64,000 nucleotides of DNA, taken from Gammaproteobacteria bacterium (GTDB lineage: Bacteria > Pseudomonadota > Gammaproteobacteria > G965277405). The DNA is taken from positions 1 to 64,000 of the forward strand of contig OZ255726.1 in NCBI GenBank assembly GCA_965277405.1. Direction: 5' to 3'. Positions 35,671-45,919 of the stretch are shown here, in pieces. The notes beneath the pieces were generated by a model. The model saw nothing but the letters and a program-made list of their open reading frames with translations, was not told the origin of the DNA and made no database searches. The translations under genes and the position numbers were made by a program. Position 1 is the first letter of the stretch. Each line of letters opens with the position of its first letter.

Positions 35671-36366
35671 ATGTTTACAGGGATAGTTCAAGCGACAGCT
35701 AAAATTACAGACGTCCATGATAGCAACGGCATCAGAAAGATTATCATTGATTGCAACAAAGGTTTCTGCACTGGCTTAGTGGTTGGCGCGAGTGTTGCGG
35801 TTGATGGTGTTTGTGTAACCGTGGCTGAATTGCTGTCAAATACCAGCATCAAATTCGATGTAATGCTGCCAAGTCTGCGCACTACTACTTTAGGTGGATA
35901 TGGGGTAGGTATCCATGTCAACGTGGAAAGAGCCGCCACAGCAGCAGCAGAAATTGGCGGTCACATCGTCTCAGGTCATATCGATTTTAATACACAAATT
36001 ATCGCAATTACCCAAGTTGAAGACAATTACGCCATGCGTTTGAGTTTACCCGACGAATGGCAGCGCTATGTCTTCGCCAAAGGATATATTGCAGTTCATG
36101 GTGCGAGCCTGACCGTGGCGCAAATCGACAAACAGCAAGGCTGGTTTGAGGTGTGGTTAATCCCTGCAACACGCAGGATGACAGTCTTTGAATCCAAAGG
36201 AATTGGCGATGCTGTCAATATTGAAATCGAGCGCAGCACCCAAGTTATCGTTGATACAGTGCAAGACACTTTGCACCAACAATTAGGTCCCATACTGCCA
36301 GCGTTCAAAAAACTGCTGATACAGCAAGGCATTGATATAGATATTGATGTGTTACGGCACCGCTGA
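35671..36366 (+). CDS. ribE: Riboflavin synthase (alpha chain)
   Basis: Canonical N-terminus MFTGIVQ after AGGAGG; GASVAVDGVCVTV, EIGGHIVSGHID. The ORF-track start at 35593 lies inside the MITE. Confidence 0.93.
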   Translation: MFTGIVQATAKITDVHDSNGIRKIIIDCNKGFCTGLVVGASVAVDGVCVTVAELLSNTSIKFDVMLPSLRTTTLGGYGVGIHVNVERAATAAAEIGGHIVSGHIDFNTQIIAITQVEDNYAMRLSLPDEWQRYVFAKGYIAVHGASLTVAQIDKQQGWFEVWLIPATRRMTVFESKGIGDAVNIEIERSTQVIVDTVQDTLHQQLGPILPAFKKLLIQQGIDIDIDVLRHR

Positions 36367-37590
36367 TTAAGCCCTGTTATTGCGCCGTTGTGCTCGCCAA
36401 ACCAGCAGCAAAGACAGCGAAAATAAACCGAAGTAGCCAAGCAGAATCGGGGTAACTGTATTGTTATGGAAATAACTCAAGGTAGCGCCGCAGACAACAG
36501 AGATTGTCGATTGCGTAAATGCAATCGCAGAGCTGGCGACACCGGCAATATGCCCCAGCGGTTGCATCGCCAGCGCATTTAAGTTAGCAAACAAAATACC
36601 AAAACAAAAAAACACGATAAACAAATACATCAGCAACGCCACCAATGGAGGTTTTCCTGCATACAGATAATTTACAGGTAATGCCACCAAAGTGATGAAC
36701 ACCAAAATAGCCAGTGCGATAATACTTAATTTTCCCATGCCCACGCGCATTACCAACTGAGCGTTAACCACAGCAGCTATACCTAAGGCTAGTGCTAATC
36801 CTCCAAAGACCAATGCAAACCAAGCGCCAAGTTGGTAATCGATTTGCAAAATCTGCTGTGAGGTGCTCAAGTATGCGATAAGCGCGCTAAAAACCATCGC
36901 TGCAGCAAGCGTATACGTTCTGGCTGCGTCGTTCAGGGCGCATTCTTTTACACCTGCAACAACCGTTGCCAAAGAAAAAGCCAGCCGCTTTTCGGCAACT
37001 AGGGTTTCTTTTTGGAAAAAAAACAACAGCAACAGGCAGAACACTCCAGCACTAAAAATGCTTACAAAAATCCCATGCCAACCCCAAAACAGCAATAATG
37101 CTTGTCCTATACTCGGCGCAATTGCAGGAACAAGAATAAAAATAATCATCACAAAAGACATAACTCTTGCCATGAATACACCAGCAAACTGATCGCGGAC
37201 CATTGTTATTGTTATCACTCGCAATGCTGCTCCACCAAAACCTTGCAATAACCTCCCTATAATCAACATCTCAAACGAGCTGGAAAAAACACATACCCCA
37301 CTACCCAATATATAAAATAGTAACCCAATATACAGTGCTGGCTTTCTGCCATATGCATCCGATAACGGTCCAACAAACAACATCCCAACAGCCATCCCTG
37401 CAAAAATGCTGCTAATCACAAATTGCACATCATTGGTATTGCTCAAACCATAGTCTTGGGCGATACGATCAAGCGCTGGAATCATCGCGTCAATCGAAAA
37501 GGCGATCAGCGACATAAAAAGTGCCATCCTAGCAATAAACGCCCAAGGTGTTTGCGCAGCAGCTGAACCAGAAGTAATTACAGTGGACAT
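36367..37590 (-). CDS. Bcr/CflA-family MFS multidrug efflux transporter
   Basis: AFSIDAMIP, GPLSDAYGRKP, GRLLQGFG, PAIAPSIG; likely start ATG at 37590 because upstream sequence is MITE-derived. Confidence 0.88.
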   Translation of the reverse strand: MSTVITSGSAAAQTPWAFIARMALFMSLIAFSIDAMIPALDRIAQDYGLSNTNDVQFVISSIFAGMAVGMLFVGPLSDAYGRKPALYIGLLFYILGSGVCVFSSSFEMLIIGRLLQGFGGAALRVITITMVRDQFAGVFMARVMSFVMIIFILVPAIAPSIGQALLLFWGWHGIFVSIFSAGVFCLLLLFFFQKETLVAEKRLAFSLATVVAGVKECALNDAARTYTLAAAMVFSALIAYLSTSQQILQIDYQLGAWFALVFGGLALALGIAAVVNAQLVMRVGMGKLSIIALAILVFITLVALPVNYLYAGKPPLVALLMYLFIVFFCFGILFANLNALAMQPLGHIAGVASSAIAFTQSTISVVCGATLSYFHNNTVTPILLGYFGLFSLSLLLVWRAQRRNNRA

Positions 37591-37591
37591 A

Positions 37592-37658
37592 GGAAACCTC
37601 TGATTCAGTCGCTGCTGTTGCGAGTTTGGCAATTGCTGACGCTAGCAAGGCGCATTGC
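37592..37658 (-). mobile_element. Degenerate MITE end fragment abutting the MFS start codon
   Basis: GGAAACCTCTGATTCAGTCGCTG...GCGAGTTTGGCAATTGCTGA...GCAAGGCGCAT resembles the MITE end at 37712 onward. Confidence 0.7.
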
Positions 37659-37711
37659 AATAGCAGGAATACGCCATTCATCCATCATCAGTTATTTTGT
37701 ATGTTGGCTAA

Positions 37712-37981
37712 GAAAGCTCTGATTAAGTCGTTGATGGAGCGAGTTTGATGGCAATTGCTGATGATTGCAAGGCGCATGCCGTAGCATATACGCCAAGGGA
37801 TGCAACACAGCAAGTACCGCTACCATCAAACCGTTGTATATTCAACAGAAGGACGAGAAAAAACGCTGCGCTAACGTCGTTGCAGCACTTAATAATACCA
37901 CCAGTGTTATCAAGTGCTGCGTCTAGTTATCATCAGCGTTTTTTCTCAGTCTCGCCCATCATGGACTTAATCAGAGCTCCC
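37712..37981 (-). mobile_element. IS5-derived MITE (270 bp, inverted orientation)
   Basis: TIRs GAAAGCTCTGATTAAG / CTTAATCAGAGCTCCC with perfect CTAA duplication (37708-11, 37982-85). Confidence 0.92.
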
Positions 37982-39224
37982 CTAACAATACGTCAATCTT
38001 ACTCGCGACTTGGCTGCGGTAATGCACGCAAAAGGAAACGTGTTCTGCTGTATAGGTAATATCGCGGAGCACTGCTAATTTTCGTAATTGATCAAGTACC
38101 ACAACTGCAGCTATTGGAATATTCACGTTACGATGGTGGTAGTTTGCTAATACTGTTGTATCCAATAATTGGAGTAAGTCATCGATGTGCTCGCCTGCCA
38201 GCGCATTTAGCTCAATAGTGTGCTTGATACACGGATATTGCATGGGTTGCACACATTGAGGTTGTTGTTTGCTTGCATAGGTATTCCACACTAAAATTTG
38301 GGGTATTGCAGCTGCGCCGATTTCTTGTAATACCTGCATGGTCGTCTCAAGATGACGTTGATATTCTGGATTGTGAGCATCGACAACATGGAGCAGCACA
38401 TCTGCTTCAGTAACCACCCGCAACGTTGCATGAAATGAGGCAACAAGGTCATGCGGCAGTTTGGCTATAAAACCGACCGTATCCGTGAGGACAATCGGCA
38501 AGTCAGGCAATTTAGTGATTTTGCGGGTTGTCGACTCAAGAGTTGCGAATAACGCATCTTCACTGAGGACATTGGCATCAGTCAAACAGTTCATCAATGT
38601 CGACTTGCCAGCATTGGTATAACCCACCAAGCATACTTGCGTTAATGATTGTCTGTTTTTTGCTTGAGTACTGCGTTGGTTTTGAATTTTTGCAAGCATT
38701 GCCTCCAAGGTGCTGATCCGGCTACGCAATAAGCGCTTATCAACGGTTATTTGTTTTTCACCCATCCCTCGTGATGTCACGCCTCCACCGCGTTCCCGAT
38801 CTAAGTGACTCCACATATTACTCAATCGTGGCAATTGATAGCGTACTTGTGCCAACTCAACCTGGGCGCGTGATTCTAGTGTTGTCGCATGGTCAACAAA
38901 AATCTGTATAATTACTTGGGTGCGATCGATGACCGATGTCTCCAATTCAGTTTCTAAATTTTGTTGCTGTTTCGGCGGGAGTTCATCGTCAAACACCACA
39001 ATGTCCGCGTCGTAGCGTTCAACAGCCGCGTGGATTTCAGCCAACTTGCCTTTGCCAATGTGGGTTCTGGCATCATATGCTGTTCTATTCTGGCTAAATG
39101 CAGCGACTACGCTAATGTTCATCGTGCGCAGTAATGCCGTCAATTCTTCCAGTGTCGCAGCTATATTAGCTACAGCGTCGCTGGATAAAGCGACAGCAAC
39201 GATAACTGCTTTCTGTTTACTCAA
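37971..39224 (-). CDS. hflX: Ribosome-splitting GTPase HflX
   Basis: IGKGKL, AQVELAQ..YQLPRL, GEKQI..DKR, GYTNAGKST, LFATL, DTVGFI; TTG start with GGAG RBS. Confidence 0.92.
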   Translation of the reverse strand: MSKQKAVIVAVALSSDAVANIAATLEELTALLRTMNISVVAAFSQNRTAYDARTHIGKGKLAEIHAAVERYDADIVVFDDELPPKQQQNLETELETSVIDRTQVIIQIFVDHATTLESRAQVELAQVRYQLPRLSNMWSHLDRERGGGVTSRGMGEKQITVDKRLLRSRISTLEAMLAKIQNQRSTQAKNRQSLTQVCLVGYTNAGKSTLMNCLTDANVLSEDALFATLESTTRKITKLPDLPIVLTDTVGFIAKLPHDLVASFHATLRVVTEADVLLHVVDAHNPEYQRHLETTMQVLQEIGAAAIPQILVWNTYASKQQPQCVQPMQYPCIKHTIELNALAGEHIDDLLQLLDTTVLANYHHRNVNIPIAAVVVLDQLRKLAVLRDITYTAEHVSFCVHYRSQVASKIDVLLGEL

Positions 39225-39241
39225 TGGTGCTCCTGCAACCG

Positions 39242-42070
39242 CTATTCTTGCGAATACGCAATAACATCTGGGCAGCTACAAAATATATTTCTGTCTCCAT
39301 ACACATTATCAATACGTGCCACATATGGCCAATATTTATTGTCAATAATCCACTCAAGTGGAAAACATGCTTGCTGTTTGCTGTATGGATACGTCCAACT
39401 TCCAAGTAGGTCATCGATATGGTGTGGCGCGTTTTTCAATACATTGTTTGTTTTGAGCGTCTCATTATTACTAATTTCTGTTATTTCTGCGCGGATAGCA
39501 AGCATTGCAGCGCAAAATCTGTTTATTTCGGCTAAATCTTCACTTTCTGTTGGCTCAATCATCATCGTTCCTGCTACTGGAAACGCCATCGTCGGCGCAT
39601 GAAAGCCATAGTCTATCAAGCGTTTGGCAATGTCTTCTTCACTGATGCCTGTCTCTGCTTTAATTTGACGAATGTCAATAATACATTCATGCGCAACCAG
39701 CCCGCGGCTACCACGGTATAAAATCGGATACGCATCGCCGAGTTGATGCGCTATATAGTTTGCGTGCAAAATTGCTGACTTAGCCGCATGGGTCAGCCCC
39801 GCATCACCCATCATGCGAATATACGCCCAGGTAATAATCGCAATCAATGCGCTACCGTTGGGTGGTGTTGCTACGCTTGCTGATGTTTGCTGCTGGATTG
39901 ACTGTGGATAAACAAAGCCAGTGCCCCATGGGGCAAGGTGGGCTTTTAACCCAATGGGACCAGAACCTGGCCCGCCGCCGCCGTGTGGTATACAGAATGT
40001 TTTGTGCAAATTTAAATGCATGACATCAGCACCGAGGCTTGCAGGTTGTACCAGCCCTGTCATCGCATTCATGTTGGCGCCGTCCATGTAGACCTGCCCA
40101 CCAACGTGATGAATCATCGCGCAGATTGTGATTATTTCATCTTCAAATACCCCGTGCGTTGACGGGTAGGTAACCATCAATACTGCAATTGCGTCGCCGT
40201 GCGTTGCAATGCTGGCCTGCAACGCAGCTAAGCTGATATTACCGTTTGCGCCACTTTTGACAATCACCACCCGCAGTCCTGCTTTAACCGCGCTAGCGGG
40301 GTTGGTGCCATGTGCTGAGTCGGGAATAATACAAATTTTGCGCTGCTCTCCTTGCCCAATACTCGCAAAATATTGGCGGATGGCTAATAAACCAGCGTAT
40401 TCACCTTGCGAGCCTGAATTCGGCTGCATCGAAACAGCGTCAAAGCCAGTAATCGCGCATAAATAACTGCCAAGCTGCTCCATGATATCTTGATACCCTG
40501 CCTGCAATGCAGCAGGTGCGAACGGGTGTACATTGGTAAATTCCTGCCAACTCAACGCGATCATCTGCGCTGCAGCATTCAATTTCATGGTGCATGAACC
40601 CAGCGCAATCATGCTGAAGTCGAGCGCTATGTCCCGCACTTGCAACTTGCGCAAATACCGTAACATTTGGGTTTCGCTGCGCAGCGTGGTAAAATGCGGG
40701 TGTGTCAACCAATCATCATCGCGACAATATGCAGCGTGTAATGGTGATGTCGCTTCGACAGGCTTGGCATTACAAACATCGAGCAACGTAGCAATCACCG
40801 TATCGTCCGTCGCTTCGTTACAGCTTATGCCAACATGGGTTGCATCAATATAACGAATGGTGATTCCCTGCTGTTCGCAGCGTGCGACAAGCGTCGCGGC
40901 ATCGATGCAGCCGACACGCAGCGTATCAAAAAACACTGTGTGCTGTATTATTATATACCCTGCCTGCTGCAGCGCTGCTGCGAGGGTAACAGCGTAGCCA
41001 TGCACGCGTTGTGCCATCGCTTTGAGTCCGCTATTGCCATGATACTGGGCATACAATGCAGCCATGTTTGCTAATAGTACTTGGGCTGTACAAATATTGC
41101 TCGTGGCTTTTTCGCGACGAATATGTTGTTCGCGTGTCTGCAATGCCATTCTGTACGCAGGCTTGCCGCGACGGTCAAGCGAAACCCCGATAATCCGCCC
41201 TGGTATTTGCCGCATATGTATTTTGTTACACGCCATAAATGCAGCATGCGGTCCACCGCAACCCAGCGGCACACCAAAGCGTTGGGCGCTGCCAATAGCA
41301 ATGTCAGCACCGAGTGCTCCTGGCGGGTGCAACATGGTCAGCGCGAGTAAATCACACGTTACTATCAACATCGCGTTGTTAGCGTGCAATCGCTGCGCTA
41401 ACGCACGTACGCCGGTTGGCGCGCAAATTGCACCATACGTATCCGGATAGCTCAATAACGCGCTAAAGCAGCTAAAATCAGTGGATTCAATATTACTAGC
41501 ATCAAACATTTTAACCTGTATTTGCAGTGGTTCTGCAACCGTCTTCACCACTGCAATTACTTGTGGATGGCATCCACTATCGACATAAAAAACACTATTT
41601 TTATTGTTACTGATGCGGTATGCCATCAACATTGCCTCTGCGGCGCAGCTTGCTTCATCGAGCATGGATGCATTCGCGACTTCCATGGCTGTCAAATCAA
41701 TAATCATTTGCTGGTAGTTCATCAGCAGCTCCAAGCGCCCTTGCGATATTTCCGCTTGGTACGGCGTGTATGCCGTATACCACCCTGCGTTTTCAAAAAA
41801 ATTTCGTAAAATGACCGGTGGTGTTATCGTGTCATGATAGCCAAGCCCAATCATGTTTTTCACCAGTTTATTTTTGCTAGCAATTGTTCGCAATGCATCA
41901 ATAACTTCATGCTCAGCGATGGGTGAGGGTAAGTCGAGGGTTGGCTCTGGAGGAAATTGCTCGGGTAATGTAGCGGCAATGCAAGCATCAAGCGAAGCAT
42001 AGCCAATTTTTTTAAGCATCAGCGCTTGGTCTGGCGCGCTGGTGCCGATATGGCGGTCACTAAAGTTCAT
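39242..42070 (-). CDS. gcvP: Glycine dehydrogenase (decarboxylating), P protein
   Basis: WYTAYTPYQAEISQGRLE, RREKATSNICTAQ, HLNLHKTFCIPHGGGGPG. Confidence 0.97.
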   Translation of the reverse strand: MNFSDRHIGTSAPDQALMLKKIGYASLDACIAATLPEQFPPEPTLDLPSPIAEHEVIDALRTIASKNKLVKNMIGLGYHDTITPPVILRNFFENAGWYTAYTPYQAEISQGRLELLMNYQQMIIDLTAMEVANASMLDEASCAAEAMLMAYRISNNKNSVFYVDSGCHPQVIAVVKTVAEPLQIQVKMFDASNIESTDFSCFSALLSYPDTYGAICAPTGVRALAQRLHANNAMLIVTCDLLALTMLHPPGALGADIAIGSAQRFGVPLGCGGPHAAFMACNKIHMRQIPGRIIGVSLDRRGKPAYRMALQTREQHIRREKATSNICTAQVLLANMAALYAQYHGNSGLKAMAQRVHGYAVTLAAALQQAGYIIIQHTVFFDTLRVGCIDAATLVARCEQQGITIRYIDATHVGISCNEATDDTVIATLLDVCNAKPVEATSPLHAAYCRDDDWLTHPHFTTLRSETQMLRYLRKLQVRDIALDFSMIALGSCTMKLNAAAQMIALSWQEFTNVHPFAPAALQAGYQDIMEQLGSYLCAITGFDAVSMQPNSGSQGEYAGLLAIRQYFASIGQGEQRKICIIPDSAHGTNPASAVKAGLRVVIVKSGANGNISLAALQASIATHGDAIAVLMVTYPSTHGVFEDEIITICAMIHHVGGQVYMDGANMNAMTGLVQPASLGADVMHLNLHKTFCIPHGGGGPGSGPIGLKAHLAPWGTGFVYPQSIQQQTSASVATPPNGSALIAIITWAYIRMMGDAGLTHAAKSAILHANYIAHQLGDAYPILYRGSRGLVAHECIIDIRQIKAETGISEEDIAKRLIDYGFHAPTMAFPVAGTMMIEPTESEDLAEINRFCAAMLAIRAEITEISNNETLKTNNVLKNAPHHIDDLLGSWTYPYSKQQACFPLEWIIDNKYWPYVARIDNVYGDRNIFCSCPDVIAYSQE

Positions 42071-42085
42071 ATACGCTGCGGTGGA

Positions 42086-42463
42086 TCAATCTAACAGCTG
42101 TTGATATTGGTCAGCATCGAGCAATTGCTCGTATTCACTGCCGTCAACAACGCGAATTTTACATAGCCAGCCATCAGCAAATGGTGACTGGTTAATCAAC
42201 TCAGGCGAATCTGTCAAAACGTCATTTATCTCCATAATTTCGCCACTTACTGGAGCATAAATATCGACTGCTGTCTTCACAGACTCGAGAGTAGCGATTT
42301 GATCCCCTGCATCTACCGTATTGCCGACTTCTGGTAATTCGACAAACACAAGGTCACCAAGTTGATCTTGGGCGTGGTCACTAATTCCAATAGTGACGAT
42401 GTCATCATCAAGTGAAGACCATTCATGGCTTTCGCTATAACGAATATTATCAGGTGACTGCAT
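42086..42463 (-). CDS. gcvH: Glycine cleavage H protein
   Basis: YSESHEW, GISDHAQDQLGD, lipoyl ESVKT; ATG at 42463 with GGAG RBS. Confidence 0.95.
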   Translation of the reverse strand: MQSPDNIRYSESHEWSSLDDDIVTIGISDHAQDQLGDLVFVELPEVGNTVDAGDQIATLESVKTAVDIYAPVSGEIMEINDVLTDSPELINQSPFADGWLCKIRVVDGSEYEQLLDADQYQQLLD

Positions 42464-42483
42464 AGTTACTCCAATGTTAGTAA

Positions 42484-42516
42484 GGAAACCTCTGATTAAG
42501 GATGCTCTGATTAGCT
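42484..42516. repeat. Two tandem solo TIR-like scars of the IS5/MITE family
   Basis: GGAAACCTCTGATTAAG followed by GGATGCTCTGATTAG; the second overlaps the gcvT stop codon. Confidence 0.65.
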
Positions 42517-43596
42517 CGCTGGTAAAACAGAAATAAGTGGCTTGCCAGCACGCCACAACGCACCATGATGACATATGACCTCAATACGTTTATCGTCACG
42601 AACTGCAACATGGGTTGGTGCTAATGCATCAATTTGGATACGGGCAATCCCAATTGAACGACCAAAAACAGGAGAAAATACGGCACTTGTTAACACACCG
42701 ATATGCTCGTCGTCGCAATATACTTGGCTACCAACACGCAACATTCCTTTGTTTTTCGCCACAACAGTGATAACCGAGTAACGCGGCTGTGTATCGAGCA
42801 ATGCTTCACGACCAACAAAGGCCTGACTGTCTGTATTGACTAGCCAATGCAGACCACATTCAAACGGGGTGATGTCAGCGTTCATCTCACTGCCATATAA
42901 GGCCAATCCTGCCTCTACACGCAGGCTATCGCGGCATGCAAGCCCACATGGTTGTGCGCCTGCTGTGACCAAACTATTCCATACATTGGGTATTTGCTCG
43001 TTGGGGATGATCATTTCAACACCATCTTCACCGGTGTATCCAGTGCGGGCAATGATCCAAGTATCTAATTGTAAAAAAGAAAACGCGTGTAGTTGCGCGA
43101 CTGCAGCGCCAACATTAGGCATTGTCGCCGTCACAATATCGAGTGATTTTGGTCCTTGAACCGCAATGATCCCATGTTCGTTCAACGCGGTTAGTTGCAC
43201 CGCAAATGGTTTGACAATGCTATCAATCCATACCGCATCACTGTCGCGGTTGCCAGCATTCACCACCATCAAAAAGCTGAATTGGTCGCGACGATAGACG
43301 ATGACATCGTCAACAATACCACCTTGTTCATTCAGCATTGCGCTATAGCGTGCTTGTCCATCTTGCAACCTGCTAATATCGCTACATAATAAATGTTGCA
43401 GGGCTGAAATAACATCTTCCCCTGTCAGCTCAATCGCCAGCATATGCGACACATCAAAAATACCTGCATGTTGCCGAACAGCCATGTGTTCGCGGATTGC
43501 AGAAATATATGTAAGCGGCATTTCCCAACCTGTATACGCTACAAGTTTGGCGCCGAGTGACTGATGAATAGTATGAAGTGGTGTTGTTTGCAGCAT
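42511..43596 (-). CDS. gcvT: Glycine cleavage aminomethyltransferase T
   Basis: TPLH, GWEMPL, FDVSHM, ARTGYTGEDG, RDSLRVEAGL. Confidence 0.95.
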   Translation of the reverse strand: MLQTTPLHTIHQSLGAKLVAYTGWEMPLTYISAIREHMAVRQHAGIFDVSHMLAIELTGEDVISALQHLLCSDISRLQDGQARYSAMLNEQGGIVDDVIVYRRDQFSFLMVVNAGNRDSDAVWIDSIVKPFAVQLTALNEHGIIAVQGPKSLDIVTATMPNVGAAVAQLHAFSFLQLDTWIIARTGYTGEDGVEMIIPNEQIPNVWNSLVTAGAQPCGLACRDSLRVEAGLALYGSEMNADITPFECGLHWLVNTDSQAFVGREALLDTQPRYSVITVVAKNKGMLRVGSQVYCDDEHIGVLTSAVFSPVFGRSIGIARIQIDALAPTHVAVRDDKRIEVICHHGALWRAGKPLISVLPAS

Positions 43597-43621
43597 AGCA
43601 ATCAGGATGCGTTTATTATCC

Positions 43622-43775
43622 CATCTGTCCTGTTGCCTGAAAGTTTTCTCCCTTCGGCGGGGCCTCCCCTCTCTCCAGATTACGTGTTGCCTGCATATGA
43701 TCCTTGATACCTGAGCGATTATGGGCTTTTGCGCCTTCGGCGATTCAATTCAATGAATCCTCTCCCGTATGCATA
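43622..43775 (-). ncRNA. Tandem glycine riboswitch
   Basis: Minus strand has two aptamers, GGAGAG...CGCCGAAGG...CTCAGG and CTGGAGAG...CGCCGAAGG...TTTCAGG...GGACAGA, directly upstream of gcvT. Confidence 0.93.
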
Positions 43776-43908
43776 ACAAGAACATACCATATAAGCGCTA
43801 CAGCGTGCAGCAAAATAGCGCAAACTGTGCATTTTTATCGCCACTATGGTATTAATGTAAGTCCTGATTTTGTCCCGTCGCGACCATCATCGACTAAATC
43901 AGAGACTC

Positions 43909-44439
43909 CTATAGCGTTTCACTTGGTTGTATATACTGCAATGATGTGGCTGTGATAGCAGCGACATCAACAAAAGCATCAGTCCAGTTTGCCAGCATCA
44001 GGTTATACGTTTGCAAACTACCAGGTCGGATATGACTGTGCTTGTCTCCACCATGCAAATATTCATGGGCAAATTCTGCAAACAATGGATTGTGCCCAAC
44101 AACAGCGCAGCAACGTATTGCATCAGGTAATTGCTGGATGGCGTTGACGATTACACAGGTGGCATACGCTTCATATAAATCATCAATCACTGTAGTCTTA
44201 GCAGTTGTACATGTTCCGCTGTTGATAAGTGCAGCCGCTGTTTGTTGTGCGCGCACCGCGCTGCTGGTAATAATGTGTTCAATAGCGACACCATTGCTGT
44301 GTAAATGTGCTGCCAGAGCTTGTGTCTGCTCGTATCCAAAATCTGTCAGTTGACGTGATTTATCAGGATATCCTTGTGCTGTTTTTGCGTGTCGAATCAC
44401 ATATACGGTACGAATTTGCTGTGGTTTAATGCCATTCAT
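43909..44439 (-). CDS. sixA: Phosphohistidine phosphatase SixA-like
   Basis: IRHAK, D..R.LT..G, SSAVRAQQTA, VVGHNP. Confidence 0.85.
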   Translation of the reverse strand: MNGIKPQQIRTVYVIRHAKTAQGYPDKSRQLTDFGYEQTQALAAHLHSNGVAIEHIITSSAVRAQQTAAALINSGTCTTAKTTVIDDLYEAYATCVIVNAIQQLPDAIRCCAVVGHNPLFAEFAHEYLHGGDKHSHIRPGSLQTYNLMLANWTDAFVDVAAITATSLQYIQPSETL

Positions 44440-44560
44440 GCACTCCTCCTTGGTATGCTTTAATTACGATATTGATAAGAAAAAATGTATTTTACAGAAT
44501 GAAATAGCAGCGGTGGCGCATTCAACGCGCAACCGCCAATCACAGTTGGGTTCTATATAA

Positions 44561-45664
44561 CTAAAAATCTTCGTGTAACTCAAGTTCTTCGATTAACTCT
44601 GCCCGCCAACCTGTTACAGAAGAAATTCCATTGGTGATAATATTGATACACTGTTTGCGATTAAACAACAACTCAGCAGTAATATTCAACTTAGCAGCAA
44701 TCACCCAGTTTGACGAACGCAACTTGGAGAGTATATCTCGCTGGATATGATCAAATGGTCCTGGTAACGGCGCTAGTGCGGCAGGCGTCGTTGCGCACAG
44801 GTGTTTCAACTGCTGCGCCGTTTGCGCTCGGGCGAGTTTGCTAAGTCTAAACGATAGTAATTTACTTTCGAAACGCCCTGTTTCAGCCAATAGTAATAAT
44901 TCTTTAGTGCCACAAATCCAGCTTTTGGGCATGTTTTCTTGTATAGCCATTGCGTCTCGCCACATTTCAAGTTGTTGCAGCCGCGCAAGTTGTGTACCAT
45001 TGAGTTTATGCGCGCCACGAATTTTACTGTAGTTATGCGCTTGAACCTGCAGACCATCGACTGCGCTACGACATTGGTGCAGGATTTCATCAAAGAGCCA
45101 ATGCAGTTTAGGGCTGTTTTTTAACTGTGCATACACATATGCAAACAACGGGAGTAAATACACAACATCAGCAGCAGCATATTCTAATTGGGTTTTGCTC
45201 AATGGACGTTGCAGCCAGTCTGAACGCTGCGCTTCTTTATCTAAATAAATATCACAGACATCTGCGACAACACGTTTAAAGCTCATCGGGTATTCTTTAC
45301 CAACAAAACCCATTGCCAATTGGGTATCGAATAGCGAAACAGGGACTACCCCACACAACAAATACAACACTTGGATGTCTTCTTGACACGCATGAAAAAC
45401 TTTTATTATGGCTGGGTTTTCAAGCAGCGTGATAAATAACAGCCAATTCTGTATTTTCAATGGGTCAATCAGAAAAACATCCGACTCACTCGCCGCTTGG
45501 ATAAGCGCAGGCTGCGGGAAATATGTACGTGTTCTCTCAAATTCGCAATCTATAGCAACAACGCTGGATTGTGAGAGCGTTGCACACGCCGTGTCAAATG
45601 CGGATTGGTCCTGTATATACGTCGCAGTTGCAACACGGTTTTTTAACGCCGCTATTTCCACCAT
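44561..45664 (-). CDS. rnd: Ribonuclease D
   Basis: AIDCEF.R.RTY, KVFHAC.ED, FDTQLA, SDWLQRPL..QLEYAAADV, HRDC-like WRD..A. Confidence 0.9.
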   Translation of the reverse strand: MVEIAALKNRVATATYIQDQSAFDTACATLSQSSVVAIDCEFERTRTYFPQPALIQAASESDVFLIDPLKIQNWLLFITLLENPAIIKVFHACQEDIQVLYLLCGVVPVSLFDTQLAMGFVGKEYPMSFKRVVADVCDIYLDKEAQRSDWLQRPLSKTQLEYAAADVVYLLPLFAYVYAQLKNSPKLHWLFDEILHQCRSAVDGLQVQAHNYSKIRGAHKLNGTQLARLQQLEMWRDAMAIQENMPKSWICGTKELLLLAETGRFESKLLSFRLSKLARAQTAQQLKHLCATTPAALAPLPGPFDHIQRDILSKLRSSNWVIAAKLNITAELLFNRKQCINIITNGISSVTGWRAELIEELELHEDF

Positions 45665-45703
45665 TGATATGTGTGGATTAGCGCAGACTAAGTCGGTGAT
45701 AAA

Positions 45704-45919
45704 TCAATACAAACGATTGCGTTGTCTACGTTCGCGATTGAGTTTACGCTGGGTACGTTTTAACGCAGCTGCAGCTTTGCGCTTGCGTTCCCATGTTGGT
45801 TTTTCATATGCAGTCTTGCGTTTTACTTCGGCAACTATACCTGCCTTTTCGCAGAGGCGTTTGAAACGGCGGAGGCTTAAATCGAATGGTTCGCTTTCTT
45901 TGACTTTGATATACGGCAT
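45704..45919 (-). CDS. rpsU: 30S ribosomal protein S21
   Basis: [28 protein letters not shown]...YEKPT; 71 aa. Confidence 0.97.
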   Translation of the reverse strand: MPYIKVKESEPFDLSLRRFKRLCEKAGIVAEVKRKTAYEKPTWERKRKAAAALKRTQRKLNRERRQRNRLY

